DNA from: Oikopleura dioica
Taxonomy: Eukaryota; Animalia; Chordata
DNA length: 64,000 bases
Assembly: GCA_907165135.1 (NCBI GenBank)
Contig: OU015568.1
Coordinates: 15,511,208 to 15,575,207, forward strand
Direction of reading: 5' to 3'
A model generated the notes under the pieces. That model saw nothing but the letters and a program-made list of their open reading frames with translations. It searched no databases and had not been told where the DNA came from. The translations under genes and the position numbers were made by a program. How positions within the stretch are numbered: position 1 is the first letter of the stretch; the number at the start of each line of letters is the position of its first letter. Below, one piece after another: positions 1 to 15,833 of the stretch.

Positions 1-1579
1 TAGATTTAGCTCCATTCACGTCAGTACCAAAGCTCACTCAATCTCTTACCACTCATCTTCGGAAAAATTACCTGACAGAGATCAGTGGAATTAGCCAGCA
101 GAAAGGCCATTTCGATGTTGGAATGCTCAGCGTCCATTCCTTTCAAGAAGCCGTGCTGGGACGCGTTGTCTTAAATAGTTTTAATAATTCATTATTTTTT
201 TTAATAAGATAAAGAACCCAATAAAAGTAAAATGTGCTGATTATCTTCCACCAGTTCAGCATTCCATCTCGTGATCATGTGCGTCCAAATCACATTGGTC
301 ATCGAAGCCTTGCTACTTGTGTATAGATGTAGATCCTTCGGGCCATCACACGTCATCGTAACGATATTCATATAATAATATGAAAAATTCTCCGTCTTGT
401 AGATCAGCTGTTTTTTGGCGACTTTAGTGAGCTCCTTCGGGATATTCGCCACGATTACTTGATATTTTTTATAAATTTTATAAAAGAAAAATTTTAGATG
501 ATCCGGTATGAATGGAAAAAGTCGTTAAAAGCAGCCGAGAAGAAGGAAAATCTGATCAAAATCAACAACTACTCGGAGAGAGCGATGCAAAAAGCTGAAG
601 ACGACAAAAAAAGAATTCAACGACTGGTTGGAGAAAACTAGAACTGCCGAAGCTACTAAAAAGGTTTATCTTTAAGATTAATATTTATAAAATTTCCTGT
701 TGACCATCTTCTTGAACCATCAGCAGCAATCGCAGTAAGGCTCGTCGCTCCGATACGCTTGTTTCCGAGCTGCTTTCTATTCCAATTCACCTTCTTGGAG
801 CCCCATCCTTTGGAATGTGCACGTTGTAGCTCTACTTTCTTCTCGTCTATATTCATAACATCTTTTAAAGGTTTCATTTTGTATTTTTAACATTACAATA
901 AGAGTAAATGAAGCCGTTCCTGACGGGTTACGATTATTAATTTTATCGACAAGTTCAGCTGTATGACCGGCAAGTTTAGAAAATTCGATTGGTTTCTTTT
1001 GCTCCGTTTGTTTTTCCATCCCAAAGCCAAGTCGTTTGACTAATGAAACAGTACTTCCTCTTCGGTTTTTTCCGGTATTGCCTTAATTTTGGTTAATATT
1101 TAAAAGGTAGGTCACTTATTACCAACTAAATAAGTACTTGAATATGTTCGACTGTTGTTTTTGTACTCCTCAGGACAGGTTTTTCCATATTGAATTGCAT
1201 GGTTGTTTACTCTAGCTCTGAAACAGTCTAATGGACGTAAAACTTTTCCATTGTCAGCATCTAAGGCTCTGCGGGAAATGTTCGTGAGTTCAGCTTCTTC
1301 GATGATGTCATCCTCTTTGTCAGCAAGAGAGAAATGGATGGTTCTAAAGTTATAAGAATTAATTAGAGAATTGTTATTAGGCTACTACTTCTCGAAATCA
1401 ATTCTTCCAGCGTTATAAACTTGTCGATTGTCTTCAGTTCCATGCACTTCGAGGCTCGCGTATGTCTTGTCCTTGTGATCATACCAATATCGTACTTTGT
1501 CTTTGTGTATACCAAGGTCATTGCCAATCTGGACATATCTTAACGTAATTTTAAGGCTCTGATCGTTGGAAAAACGAAA

Positions 1580-2454
1580 GTGGTCGTCATCAAGCTCAAT
1601 GGTGGTCGCGGTACTTCCACGGGCTTCACTTGTCCCAAGTCGATCATTTCCGTCAGATCTGGATTGAACTTTTTGGACTTGACTGTTCAGCAAATCGAGC
1701 ACTTGAACAAGACCTACGAGACCAACGTCCCCTTGGTTTTGATGAACTCCTTCAACACCGAAGAAGACACCCGAAAGATCCTCCGAAAGAACAACAACTG
1801 CCAGGTCGACATCAAAATGTTCAACCAGCTTCCAACGAATCAACAAAGAAACCCTTCTCCCCGTCCCCACCAAGGATCTCTACAACCTCAAGGATGGTAC
1901 CCACGGTGACATCTACATGGCCCTTTACGACTCTGGTTTGATTGAAGAGCTCATAAAGCAGGGCAAAGTAATAATAAGCGAATTTGGTTTAAGTCTCAGG
2001 ACTAATCGTCACTTTTAAATCTTCCTTTCCAGCATCGACAATCTTGGCGCAACCGTCGACATGAACATCCTCGCCCACATGTCAACCCAGACAACAAGCA
2101 CTGCATGAAAATCTTTAGCGAGGTACCTTGATTGACTACGAAGACTTTTGGAAATCGCCCAAGTCCCAAAAGAGCACGTTGACAAATTCAAATCTGTCTC
2201 CAAGTTCAAGGTAGGATCAATTCTTCCGATAAACATTCACTCTATCCTCCATTAGATTTTCAACACTAATAACTTTTGGATGAGACTTGACGCTGTTGAC
2301 CGACTCTGAAGACATGGAAATCATCATCAACGAGAAATCACTTTCCAATGGAACAAATGACATCCAGCTCGAAACTGCTTCTGGAGCTGCTATTAAGGTA
2401 AACCAATTAATCGAGGCGAGAAACTAAATTATCCTCAAGAACTTCTACAACGGA
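1580..2454 (+). pseudogene. UGP2: UDP-glucose pyrophosphorylase fragment, unprocessed pseudogene
   Basis: Translates to VVIKLNGGRGTS..FLDLTVQQIEHLNKTY..VPLVLMNSFNT, (F)QRINKETLLPV, WYP..HGDIY, IDNLGATVD, EIAQVPKEHVDKFKSVSKFK, IFNTNNFW, DMEIIINEK..IQLETASGAAIK. It has frameshifts near 1830 and 1900, small deletions, an in-frame TGA near 2308, retained introns, and no N- or C-terminus. Confidence 0.9.
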
Positions 2455-2768
2455 GATTGCTAGTATGGAGTCGATGAGCTTGAGCGCGAGTAATTCCAGA
2501 GGCAACTCAGGCAAGAGCTCTCTGGTCAAAAGAAAACGAAACAAGAAATCCTTTCACAAAGTAAGTCTATCTTCCTAAAACTTCGTTCAGACAGTTCTTT
2601 TTGGACGAATAAAAATGCTCAAAAAAAGCCTCCAGCCCATCAGAACCCCGATTGTATTTAATCTATGAATTTCAATCTTTTTCATGCCTTGGCTTTGAAA
2701 TCCGGGTTCCTTATTAGTCGGAGGACTTATTTGAGCATTCTTATTGACCCATCCTCATTTTCGTTATA

Positions 2769-3186
2769 GCGCTCTGCCTTATACTCGTCGCCAATGGAGC
2801 AGGTCTTCACTGACTCGCAAGTGAATCTTCAACTCTCTCAGCACAAAGTCGACCAGAACTAGGGCTTGCCTGCACTACTTCCCGACGGCACACAAGTTCA
2901 TATTTATTGTGGAATTATCGACATCCTCCAGTGCCACAAAATTCTCAAGAAAACGGAATATTTCATCAAAAATCTTTACACAAATGGCGACGGGATTTCA
3001 GGTCTTCTTTTCATAAAAAAAATCAATTCAAAAAACGTCAATTCTAGTGGTGCGGCCTGGCTTATACGCTGAGCGATTCCAAGATTTCCTGAAAAACAAA
3101 GTCTTCATTCCCCAGTCCAAATCATCGTTACCTAATCCGCGCCAAATTCTTGAGCAGGGGCTCGAAGAAGAACTTGAAGATAAGCC
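2769..3186 (+). pseudogene. PIP5K1: Type I PIP5 kinase C-terminal fragment, probable pseudogene
   Basis: ALYSSPMEQ..., then an in-frame TAG (~2860), then GLPALLPDGTQVHIYCGIIDILQ..KKTEYFIK..GDGISV|VRPGLYAERFQDFLKNKVF, matching the PIP5K GIIDILQ and RPxxYAERF motifs. No N-terminal kinase exons are visible upstream. Confidence 0.8.
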
Positions 3187-5003
3187 GTAAGTCCTCCCCT
3201 TTGGTAAAAGCTTAACGAAATTCTAACAAAGCACCTCCTTAAGCTCTCTTCTTCCAATCTACAAAACTGACAGGAAAGAGTTTTAAAAGAAACAATCTTT
3301 TCCCTGTTTATTTTCGAGCTTGTATAAAAAGCAAAACAAGCCTTCCACCAGCGGACGAGCTTGACTATGATCCAAAGAAGCTATTCCGCAATGTTGAGCT
3401 AAAGTGTAAAAGTTTGAAATTTTAAAAGAATCCGCGAGTCGTGTATTTTCACGCAATAGAAACGGCGGATATTTGTTTTCTTTACTATTCGTCCCTAACA
3501 TCGGTTTAGAATCAAATACTGGGCCGACAACCTGGAAGCTACTTCGAACACGATCTTCTCTAACGGCGATCTTGATCCCTGGGGCCCCTCCGACACAACC
3601 TTCAAGCACCACTCGTCCACGTAAGCGCCCACCATTACGGCCTCAGAGGATCAAACAAATTCGCGCAATTCTTAATCAGAACGCCTTGAAGTTGTAGAAT
3701 CGGATTTGGAAAGCATGCGCCGAGGAAAGCCGTATATAAAGATCGATTATGAAACTGTTTCCATTATAAACTTTGTTAATAAATTTTGTTAAAAACCGAT
3801 AAAGATTATTTTGAAGAAGGCATTTAAGGGTGTCGACTCATCACCATTAATTTCCTTGATGGAATTTTTGTGATTTTTTGATGATTGTTTAAAAGGGCAT
3901 TGGGCAGGTATTTGTAACTTACGATTACGACTTTAGTTTCATTTTATGATAATCTTTCATTAGTAAAAATAGTGCAAGATTAAAGAAAATATTAAAAAAT
4001 CTAACAACTTACGATTCTCCTGCATCCTTTCTTGCGACGATGATTTTCAATGCATCCGCTCTCTCTTTCAAAGTCGACGAACTTCCGTAGGGCCCTCTTT
4101 TCTTTCTCGGCTTCTTTTCTTTACCGGTTTTTTTGTCCGGTTTCTTGCCATTAAATACAAAGGCCATAATTTAAAAATAAATAGTCATAAATTATTAAAA
4201 ATTATAGCGAAATTTGAAGAGCAAGATATTGCCCGACGGGGACGGAGCGCTCGGGCGCCACCCGTGTGTGCCTCAACCGGTTCAAAAATAGCCGGAAGAG
4301 ATAATCATACGTAAATATGATGGATAAACTTCCTCAAAGTAATGCGACATTGTATGTTTAATCATTGTTTAATAAAATTTTCCTTTCAGTTAATTGCAAT
4401 CAACAAACAAATACTAAGTTATGACAGAATATCATTATTTCTAGTAATACTTATTTATTAGTGCATGTTTTCAAAGTTGTATTAACAGAAAAGCAGTCGA
4501 ATACAGTTGGTTTTCAGGTACTTGAGGCGCTAGAATTGGAACTTTTTCGTGGCTTGGACACATAAAAATCGTACCATTCGAGTAACTTAAAATATTGAGG
4601 TCAGGATTTTGCTCCACAGATGTCGTTTTCATCTTTCGCACTAGAAAAACGTTCTATCAAATATTTATTAACTTCATTGAAATAATAAACAATAATTTTA
4701 TCAAAAATAACATAAAATAGGGCTGACCTATTAAGGCATCTGGCTTTTTATAAAAGATAATCCTTTCATTGCCCGGAGCGAGCTAAACAAGACTTTTGCG
4801 CACTCAGAAAATTAATCGATGAGGCGAATCAGCGCCGCGAGAGTAAATTTGGGCGCACGCAGAAAAGTTAGGAGAAGAAATTTTCGGGGCGCGCGGAAAA
4901 GTTAAGCGGCGTAAATTTGGGGGGTTTTGAACAAATCAGGAAGAGTAAATTACGGAAAATGTACCGAGGAATGCGCGAAAACTTGGGGGGGGGGTATGTT
5001 ATA

Positions 5004-5503
5004 NNNNNNNNNNNNNNNNNNNNNNNNNNNNNNNNNNNNNNNNNNNNNNNNNNNNNNNNNNNNNNNNNNNNNNNNNNNNNNNNNNNNNNNNNNNNNNNNN
5101 NNNNNNNNNNNNNNNNNNNNNNNNNNNNNNNNNNNNNNNNNNNNNNNNNNNNNNNNNNNNNNNNNNNNNNNNNNNNNNNNNNNNNNNNNNNNNNNNNNNN
5201 NNNNNNNNNNNNNNNNNNNNNNNNNNNNNNNNNNNNNNNNNNNNNNNNNNNNNNNNNNNNNNNNNNNNNNNNNNNNNNNNNNNNNNNNNNNNNNNNNNNN
5301 NNNNNNNNNNNNNNNNNNNNNNNNNNNNNNNNNNNNNNNNNNNNNNNNNNNNNNNNNNNNNNNNNNNNNNNNNNNNNNNNNNNNNNNNNNNNNNNNNNNN
5401 NNNNNNNNNNNNNNNNNNNNNNNNNNNNNNNNNNNNNNNNNNNNNNNNNNNNNNNNNNNNNNNNNNNNNNNNNNNNNNNNNNNNNNNNNNNNNNNNNNNN
5501 NNN
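5004..5503. other. Assembly gap (500 N)
   Basis: Run of N; ORFs spanning it are artefacts. Confidence 1.
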
Positions 5504-5510
5504 AAAAAAA

Positions 5511-5690
5511 GGCTTTGTCGGCGCTTCAGTAACAGGATTTCTATTGAGCAAGTTTTCGGGACTGACCGGCTGGTTTATCGTATTTTGGCTAACAGCAGCC
5601 ATTAATTTTTGCGGAGCTGTCATATTTCATGTCTTTGGAACATCGGAAACGCAAGATTGGGCGAGGAAAGAAACGAATGAAAAGACGTGA
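5511..5690 (+). CDS. SLC17-family (sialin/VGLUT-like MFS) transporter, last exon only
   Basis: GFVGASVTGFLL..GWFIVFWLTAAINFCGAVIFHVFGTSETQDWA resembles the SLC17 TM11-TM12 and ExQxWA tail. The rest of the gene is presumably lost in the gap. Confidence 0.75.
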   Translation, partial: GFVGASVTGFLLSKFSGLTGWFIVFWLTAAINFCGAVIFHVFGTSETQDWARKETNEKT

Positions 5691-6322
5691 GTTTTTTATT
5701 ATTAATATTGGTATAATTATTGTTTTAAGTCTTTCTCTGCAGCTGTTAAATCGAGGAAATGCGAATTCAAGAAGTTATAACTAATAAATTATTTCTATAA
5801 AAACGGTCTAAAGCCCAATCTATTTCAACTCTGTCAGATGAATAAACTTTGTTGCTCTTTATTTATATTTGCCAGCAATGAGTTCTGTCGTTCTTTTTGC
5901 ATTGAGACTGCCTTTTTTCTCCACTGTTGAGTGACTTTGACGAAATTGTTCAATTCATTGGCAGGCCTCGATAATTTTTTCCTGTGACAAATGGTATCAT
6001 CACCGAATTAAAATAGAAAATGATGAGTTGGTCGAGGCAGAAATCATTGGTTATCACTCTTTTGAAAACGATAGACCTGTTTTGTTAGCGACAAGCTCCG
6101 ATTATTGCGTCTGATTGTTTTTGGAGCTTGTGTCTTACAGTGAATTATTTATCGATTATATTCAATAAAAGCGAAATTAAATGCCTCTTTACTAAGCTAA
6201 TTTTTTCATAAATTGCCACACCTACTACCAACTTGATAAATAAATGTTAACAGGCTTTCAAACTGTTCAAATAAAGACTTCACGACTCGACAAGCAATAA
6301 AGTACTCTTTTTGAATAAAATC

Positions 6323-8477
6323 ATGAGAAAAATCGTTGAATATTTCATTCTTATTTTTATAGCATGTGGAATATCAGTGGGTATTACCATGGGCGTCTTG
6401 TACGGCTCGTACGATGATGGACTCGAGAGCAAGGTTCAAGAGATAATCGACAGTGGAGAGGAAAATAATGAAGAACAGTACTGGTACGACGTTGATTTCG
6501 GACCGCTTGGAGTAATAAGGGTAAGAATTTTTGTGAATGCATTTCTTACCAATCAATTAGGGCTTTATTCATCAGACCCACAAGGACATAATTTGCATCA
6601 GAAGCGTTCCATATGCAAAAAGGCCTGTTGGAGATCTACGATGGATGGCACCAGTTTTAGAAACTGATCTGGCCGGTTACCCCCGCTCATTAGCCGAGCA
6701 GACTTTTGACGGAAGAAATATTTACCAAACTGAAGAAAAAGCACCCGCATGTCCGAGCGCCTTTGAGTTTGGGAATTCTACCACGGAGGACTGTTTGTAC
6801 ATTGATTTGTTTGTGCCGAGAAAAGCAATTGAGGAGAATCTTGAGCTGGATATCTTCTTGTATTTTCATGGAGGCGCGTTTCTTGCTGGTACGAATGTTG
6901 TTGTTGGTCCTGATCGCGGTGCTTACATCGGTAAAAACTGTTTTTGGTAGCCTTTTTCATTAACCATATTCAGCTTCTGAGCAAAATATGATCGTCATGT
7001 CAGCAAACTACAGATTCGGCGTCTTTGGTTTCATGTTTTCTAACAGTTTGCAAGACAGAATCGCGCCAGAACATGGCCTTCGGTATGACGAGGATCTTCC
7101 CGTTTCCGGAAATCAAGGTTTGATGGATCAACAAATGGCGATGATCTGGACTCGTGAAAATTGCAAATATTTTGGCGGCGCAAAAGAAAAGATAACACTT
7201 GGAGGGATGAGCGCAGGAGCGCAAAGTTTACACGCTCATCTAGTCATGGAATCGAGCAAGGATCTGTTCGATAAAGCCATCGCGTTTTCTGGACCACAAG
7301 GAATTCCGTACTACAATGCAGAGGAAGGGGAGCTTATCACAGAAGGAATTGCTCGTCTCACAAATTGCTGCGACGGTCCTTTTCTTCCGAGTCTGCAGCC
7401 CAGATGCAATCGCCCAATAGAAGCTGACACAGTCCAATGCATGAAGAAAAAGAGCACATCGGAAATTCAAGAAGCTGCGTGGAAGCTGAGACAAGCCGCT
7501 CCAATCAACAACTTTGAAAGACTAACGATGATAGCAGAACCTTATTCGCCCATAATCGGAACAGGGATGCTAAAAGAAATGCCATTTTTCCACTTTCAAC
7601 GGGGCGAAATTCATGACAAAGCGATCATCATCGATGTTGCCGACAATGAAGGATGGAAATTCGTAGAGCCAGTTATGCTCGGCTTGCCATGTGACAGCAA
7701 CAGCGTCTGTGAACAAAGCTGGGATCGGCTGAAGAGCTTTCTATTTTCCGATGAAGATAAGCAGAAGATAGACGAAAGTGGCATCTACAGCTGTCCTGAT
7801 GATGGGTCAGAGTGCTTGGAAAAAGTGGATGAGTTCTTGACGGATTTTACCTGGTACTGCAACATGAGAAAATGCTTAGCTGATGGCGTTCCAGGAAAAC
7901 TTTTTGAATTATGATTCTCATGAGATATTTCAAAGACAGATTGAAAGTTCAAAAAATAGTTAGTAATTCTCCGTTATCTAAGAATATTTACCTGGCCCTC
8001 GATAGCCAGAAGCTACCCTGGGACGATCCAAAAGGGGAGTGCGAAATCAGCCACGGCTCCGATCGTGCATATCATATGCAGCATATGATTATGACAATTA
8101 CCCTGGCGACGTTACTTGTGCCGTTCGTCATGGCGTCGGCGAACATTGGTTCTTTACCGATGTTCTTCGAAAACAAGGATTCAACGAAGACCTTCCCTTT
8201 CAATTTCGATATCAGCAGTATATTGCCAACTTTATTCGAACAGGCGACCCTAACAGTAAGCTCTTTGACTTTCAAATTTTATTAACATTCAGACTACACT
8301 GGAAACCCAATAGAAGGTGCCGAAAAAGGCCACGTCAATTGGAACCCTTGGTCAATGGATCACCAATGGCTTGACGTTGGCAATGAAGCAACAAGAGACT
8401 TCCGAATGCAAAAAGATGACCCTAGAGAAGCAGCGTGTTCCTTATGGGACAAACTCGATTTGTACATGACTATTTAA
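6323..8477 (+). CDS. Type-B carboxylesterase/cholinesterase-like hydrolase with N-terminal hydrophobic anchor (multi-exon)
   Basis: EDCLY, FHGGAF oxyanion hole, SANYRFGVFGF, GNQGLMDQ, nucleophile motif GMSAG, acidic NEG, HG near C-terminus, CSLWD tail; short GT-AG introns. Confidence 0.9.
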
Positions 8478-10469
8478 TGCCACTCAAGTCTTCAGTCTCA
8501 AGATACCGGAACTTTATTCGATCAATACAGAATTTCAAAAAACCAAAATTCCTCTGACTTATGAGTTTTATATAAGACATTAAAACGGGGCAATTTCTTT
8601 GTCGTTTACTAGCCAAATAGAGCACCAAAAGCATATATTGCCCCTCTTTCTGATGGTGCAAACAGAATCTCTGGCGCAGGTCCAACAAGTGCCTTTGCTC
8701 TAGTCGGAAAATCAGGCAGGCATTATCAGACAAGAGACACTCCATTGGGCAAGAGATTTTTGCAAGGTTTGTGGCGAACTTTGAAAGAAATAATAATCTT
8801 ACTTTTAAATCAGTACCTTCTTTTTTAACGCTAAAAGTTCTGTCTTATAGATAGACACAGTAGAATCCTCAATTTAAAATTCAATATGATATTTTCTAAT
8901 AACCATATGCACGTCATCACATGACACTTTTTCGTCGGTAAAGAGATTCTCGCCAATATAGAGGTACTTCTTGGGTAACCACGCGATAATGATTCTTTCG
9001 ATTTTTCTTTCATTCATTTATCATAAGAAAAAACTCTTTCTTTGAATAATAAAGAGTCAGAATTAAAATATCATTCTTGGCGAAGCGCTAATAAGAGACG
9101 ATAGAATATTCAGCAGAGAGCAAAGTAGCTGAGCAAGGTTTTAGTTCACCGTAATTGATCAAGGTCTTGTGCGCAACTATGCGTTATTTATTCATTTGTT
9201 TGTGAAAGCATGTGTGGTCCGCGTTTTTTCTCTTCGCGTAGCGCGTTCCGGATTTGTTTAGCTTGCGAAGCCGTCGACTTGAGAGACACAGAAGAGCAGC
9301 AGAAGCTCTAGCCGCTAAGCCGTAAAACAATAATTCAAGTTATTCAGAACAGGGATAAAGAAAGAAAAAAGAAAAGGACGCAGACGGATCAGATTTTAAG
9401 AACCTCCATGGAGACAAATTGAAAGAAAATAAGCAGAGCAAAAGATGAAGATCTTGAAAAGAACCCTTTTTCTTCTTGCACTCGTGATGGCGGAATTTGT
9501 GGATAGAGATTCAAAATTTTGAGAGATTGCTCATAAAAGTCTGAAAAATTTATTTTTCGAGCAATATTGAATCTCGATTTCGGATCCCCGGCATTATGCT
9601 TACCAATCGCAGAGCCGGCGAAATCAAGGAAGAGTAAACGGCCATCAGAATCGAAGATTGCACAAGCGGAACGACTTCTCTCACCTGGAAATGAAAAACA
9701 TCATCGTCGAAAAAAGCATGACAGAGAAACTGAGAGAGATTGACAGACTGGCAAAAGCCTCCATGGTCGGAAAATGAAGATAAGTGTTAATTAAACTGAT
9801 CTTTTAGCTGAGACCGCCTTCCCAAAAAGAAAGCATAGCCTACTTGAAGTCGCTTAAAGGCAGAAGATTTGGTGGCTATCAAGTTGACGTGCAAGGCGTG
9901 AATTTGCATGAAAAGAAATCGAATAGTTTTTTTCGTGAGTAAACCGCCCTTTCCTTGAAAATCAACGAAGAACTTCTTTCAGAAAATGTCCTGAGAAGGC
10001 GCGCTCTGAATCGACAACGAATAATCGCGCAGAAATGCATGGAAATGTTCAAAAGTGGGGCACCCAAAGGATACACATACAGCGAATGTATGGTAAGTAT
10101 CTTGATAATTAATTCATTTCTCTAATGAAATTTAAGGCGAGCAAGCGTGGCTAATTTACCAAAAACTAAACAAGCTTCAATTCATCCTCTCTCTTATGCA
10201 TAGAAATTGTTTCAATAAATCAAATATTCAAAGACTCTTTGTTTGCTTGATTCTCGACGTGAAGAATGTTCGGGAAGCAGGAAATAAATTCCTTCTGCAG
10301 AAATTGATCGGTTTTCAAAATCCCAAAATTTCGTAAAGATGCCGATTTCGAGTTCGGGTTCGATCCTAAAATTCATTTCTAATGTGGGAAAAATCAAATA
10401 CCAAGCGTAGTACAAAGTAAAACTTAATATTCTTTGGATAGTGAATGTTTACTCGTCCACCGGCAGGTC

Positions 10470-10476
10470 TATATAA
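10470..10476 (+). promoter_or_regulatory. TATA box of GST gene
   Basis: TATATAA about 65 nt upstream of the GST ATG (10535). Confidence 0.55.
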
Positions 10477-10534
10477 GTAGCGCCATGTTTATACTTCAAC
10501 TCAATCTGCCAAAACGTTCTTGAGGAAAAAGAGA

Positions 10535-11308
10535 ATGAAGATCTACGGTTTTGTAGCATCCCCGCCATCAAGAGCTGTTGAGATTAGTAAGAGATACAGA
10601 ACCGATTTTATGAGAACGAGTCGTTTTTAGCTTGCAAGTTCGCAGGGGTGGAGTATGAGTTCGTAAGCCTCAACTTGATGAAGGGCGAGCACATGAACAA
10701 AGAGTTCCTTGCTATCAATCCCCGACACTGCATCCCAACAATCGTCGATGACGATTTGTCGCTCTGGGAGTCACGGGCAATTCAACAGTACATTGCCAAC
10801 CAGTATGCACCTGAATCGTCACTCTATCCTTCCGAAGCCAAGGCAAGGGCAAAGGTCGACTTTTGGCTAAACTGGGACATGGGATCAATGTACGCCGCCA
10901 TTGCAGCTGCTGTTTATCCAAAGGTTCGTCTCATTTTACAGACATATTTCGACTTATTCAATCATAAAGATGGGCTTTGCCCCTATTCCCGATGATCTTG
11001 CAGCGAAAGAAGCCAAGCTTGCGGAACAAATTCGATTTTTGGACGGATCAATTCCCTCTGGCAACTTCCTGACCGGAACGGACATTACAATCGCTGATAT
11101 CAGCATTGCTTGTGGGCTGACTATGCCCTGCCTTGTCAATCCTAACTTCCTCGATGATTTCGAAAATGTCAAAGCCTGGTTTGGACGAGTTGCTGCTTTG
11201 CCACAATTTGCTGGCGTTCATGGACAATTCCAAGAATTCGCTGCACAAATGATGGCTGCCAAAGCAGAGGAAGAAAAGAACAAGCCTCAAGTAAAAACTG
11301 CTTTTTGA
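10535..11308 (+). CDS. Glutathione S-transferase, delta/epsilon/theta-like; 3 exons
   Basis: MKIYGFVASPPSRAVEI..NPRHCIPTIVD..LWESRAI..SLYP..DMGSMY..TIADIS; two ~45-nt GT-AG introns. Confidence 0.93.
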
Positions 11309-11381
11309 TGAATGAAACAAACATGCATAAAGAGAATTTGGGATTTCGTCGATTGGGTTTTTCGTGTATTGCGGTTAATGG

Positions 11382-15082
<3,701 letters not shown>

Positions 15083-15833
15083 TTCAGGCTGAATAAAGTT
15101 CATTTGAAACTGTAATAATTAAAGTTCTACTAATCGAATTTATCTTTTTCCGCATGTTGTTCTGTAAAGAGTAAAGATATACCGAATTGGCGTCTAGCTC
15201 AACTGGCCGAGGATTCGAAGGGGAAGAGCTTGGAAAGGAGCTTCGCGTGAAAGACGACTAAAGACAGCGAGTCAGTCAAATTGAAAAAAAGACAGCAATA
15301 AATAAAAACGGTGAATAAATAAGTGAGCTGTAAATTGCGGTAAAAGCGACTGTAACTTGAATGACTGAAAATTCAAGCGTTATTTATTTACTATTTCATA
15401 GCCTTCGAGCTACAAGACACCGTCGAGAATCCATTCGCAATCTTAAAGTAAGATATAAAACCGTTGTTTCTTTCAAATAGTCGTTTGATAAAGGGCGGAA
15501 CGGAGCACCGATATTAATACATGTACGAGCTCTGTAGTACAGCAAGAAGGAGTCTCTGTATACAGTGATCTTGACTATCAGTATCAGCAGCGTTCGATTC
15601 TTCATTTTGTTAATTTCTTTCTTTTTTTTTGTTGTTATCTTGACCAATAGTTAGAAATACACATGGTTGTTCTTTGAATTGAAGTATCTGTCATCATATT
15701 ATCTTATCAGTAAGTGAAAGCTATGTAAAAGTGGAAGAGATGAAGAATGGCGAGAAAGGGTCGACTTGCATAGAAGCCGATACGAACAGTTTGACTTTTG
15801 AAATAACAGAAGCTCATAAATTATTTTGAATAT

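Noticed and set aside
4868-5690. Long ORFs spanning 4.9-5.7 kb
   Set aside because: Artefacts of the 500-N gap; only the 5511-5690 part is real coding sequence.
9180-10200. Exon-like pieces, including a signal-peptide-like start and RRRALNRQRIIAQKCMEMFK
   Set aside because: No continuous stop-free model could be built and no family was recognised.
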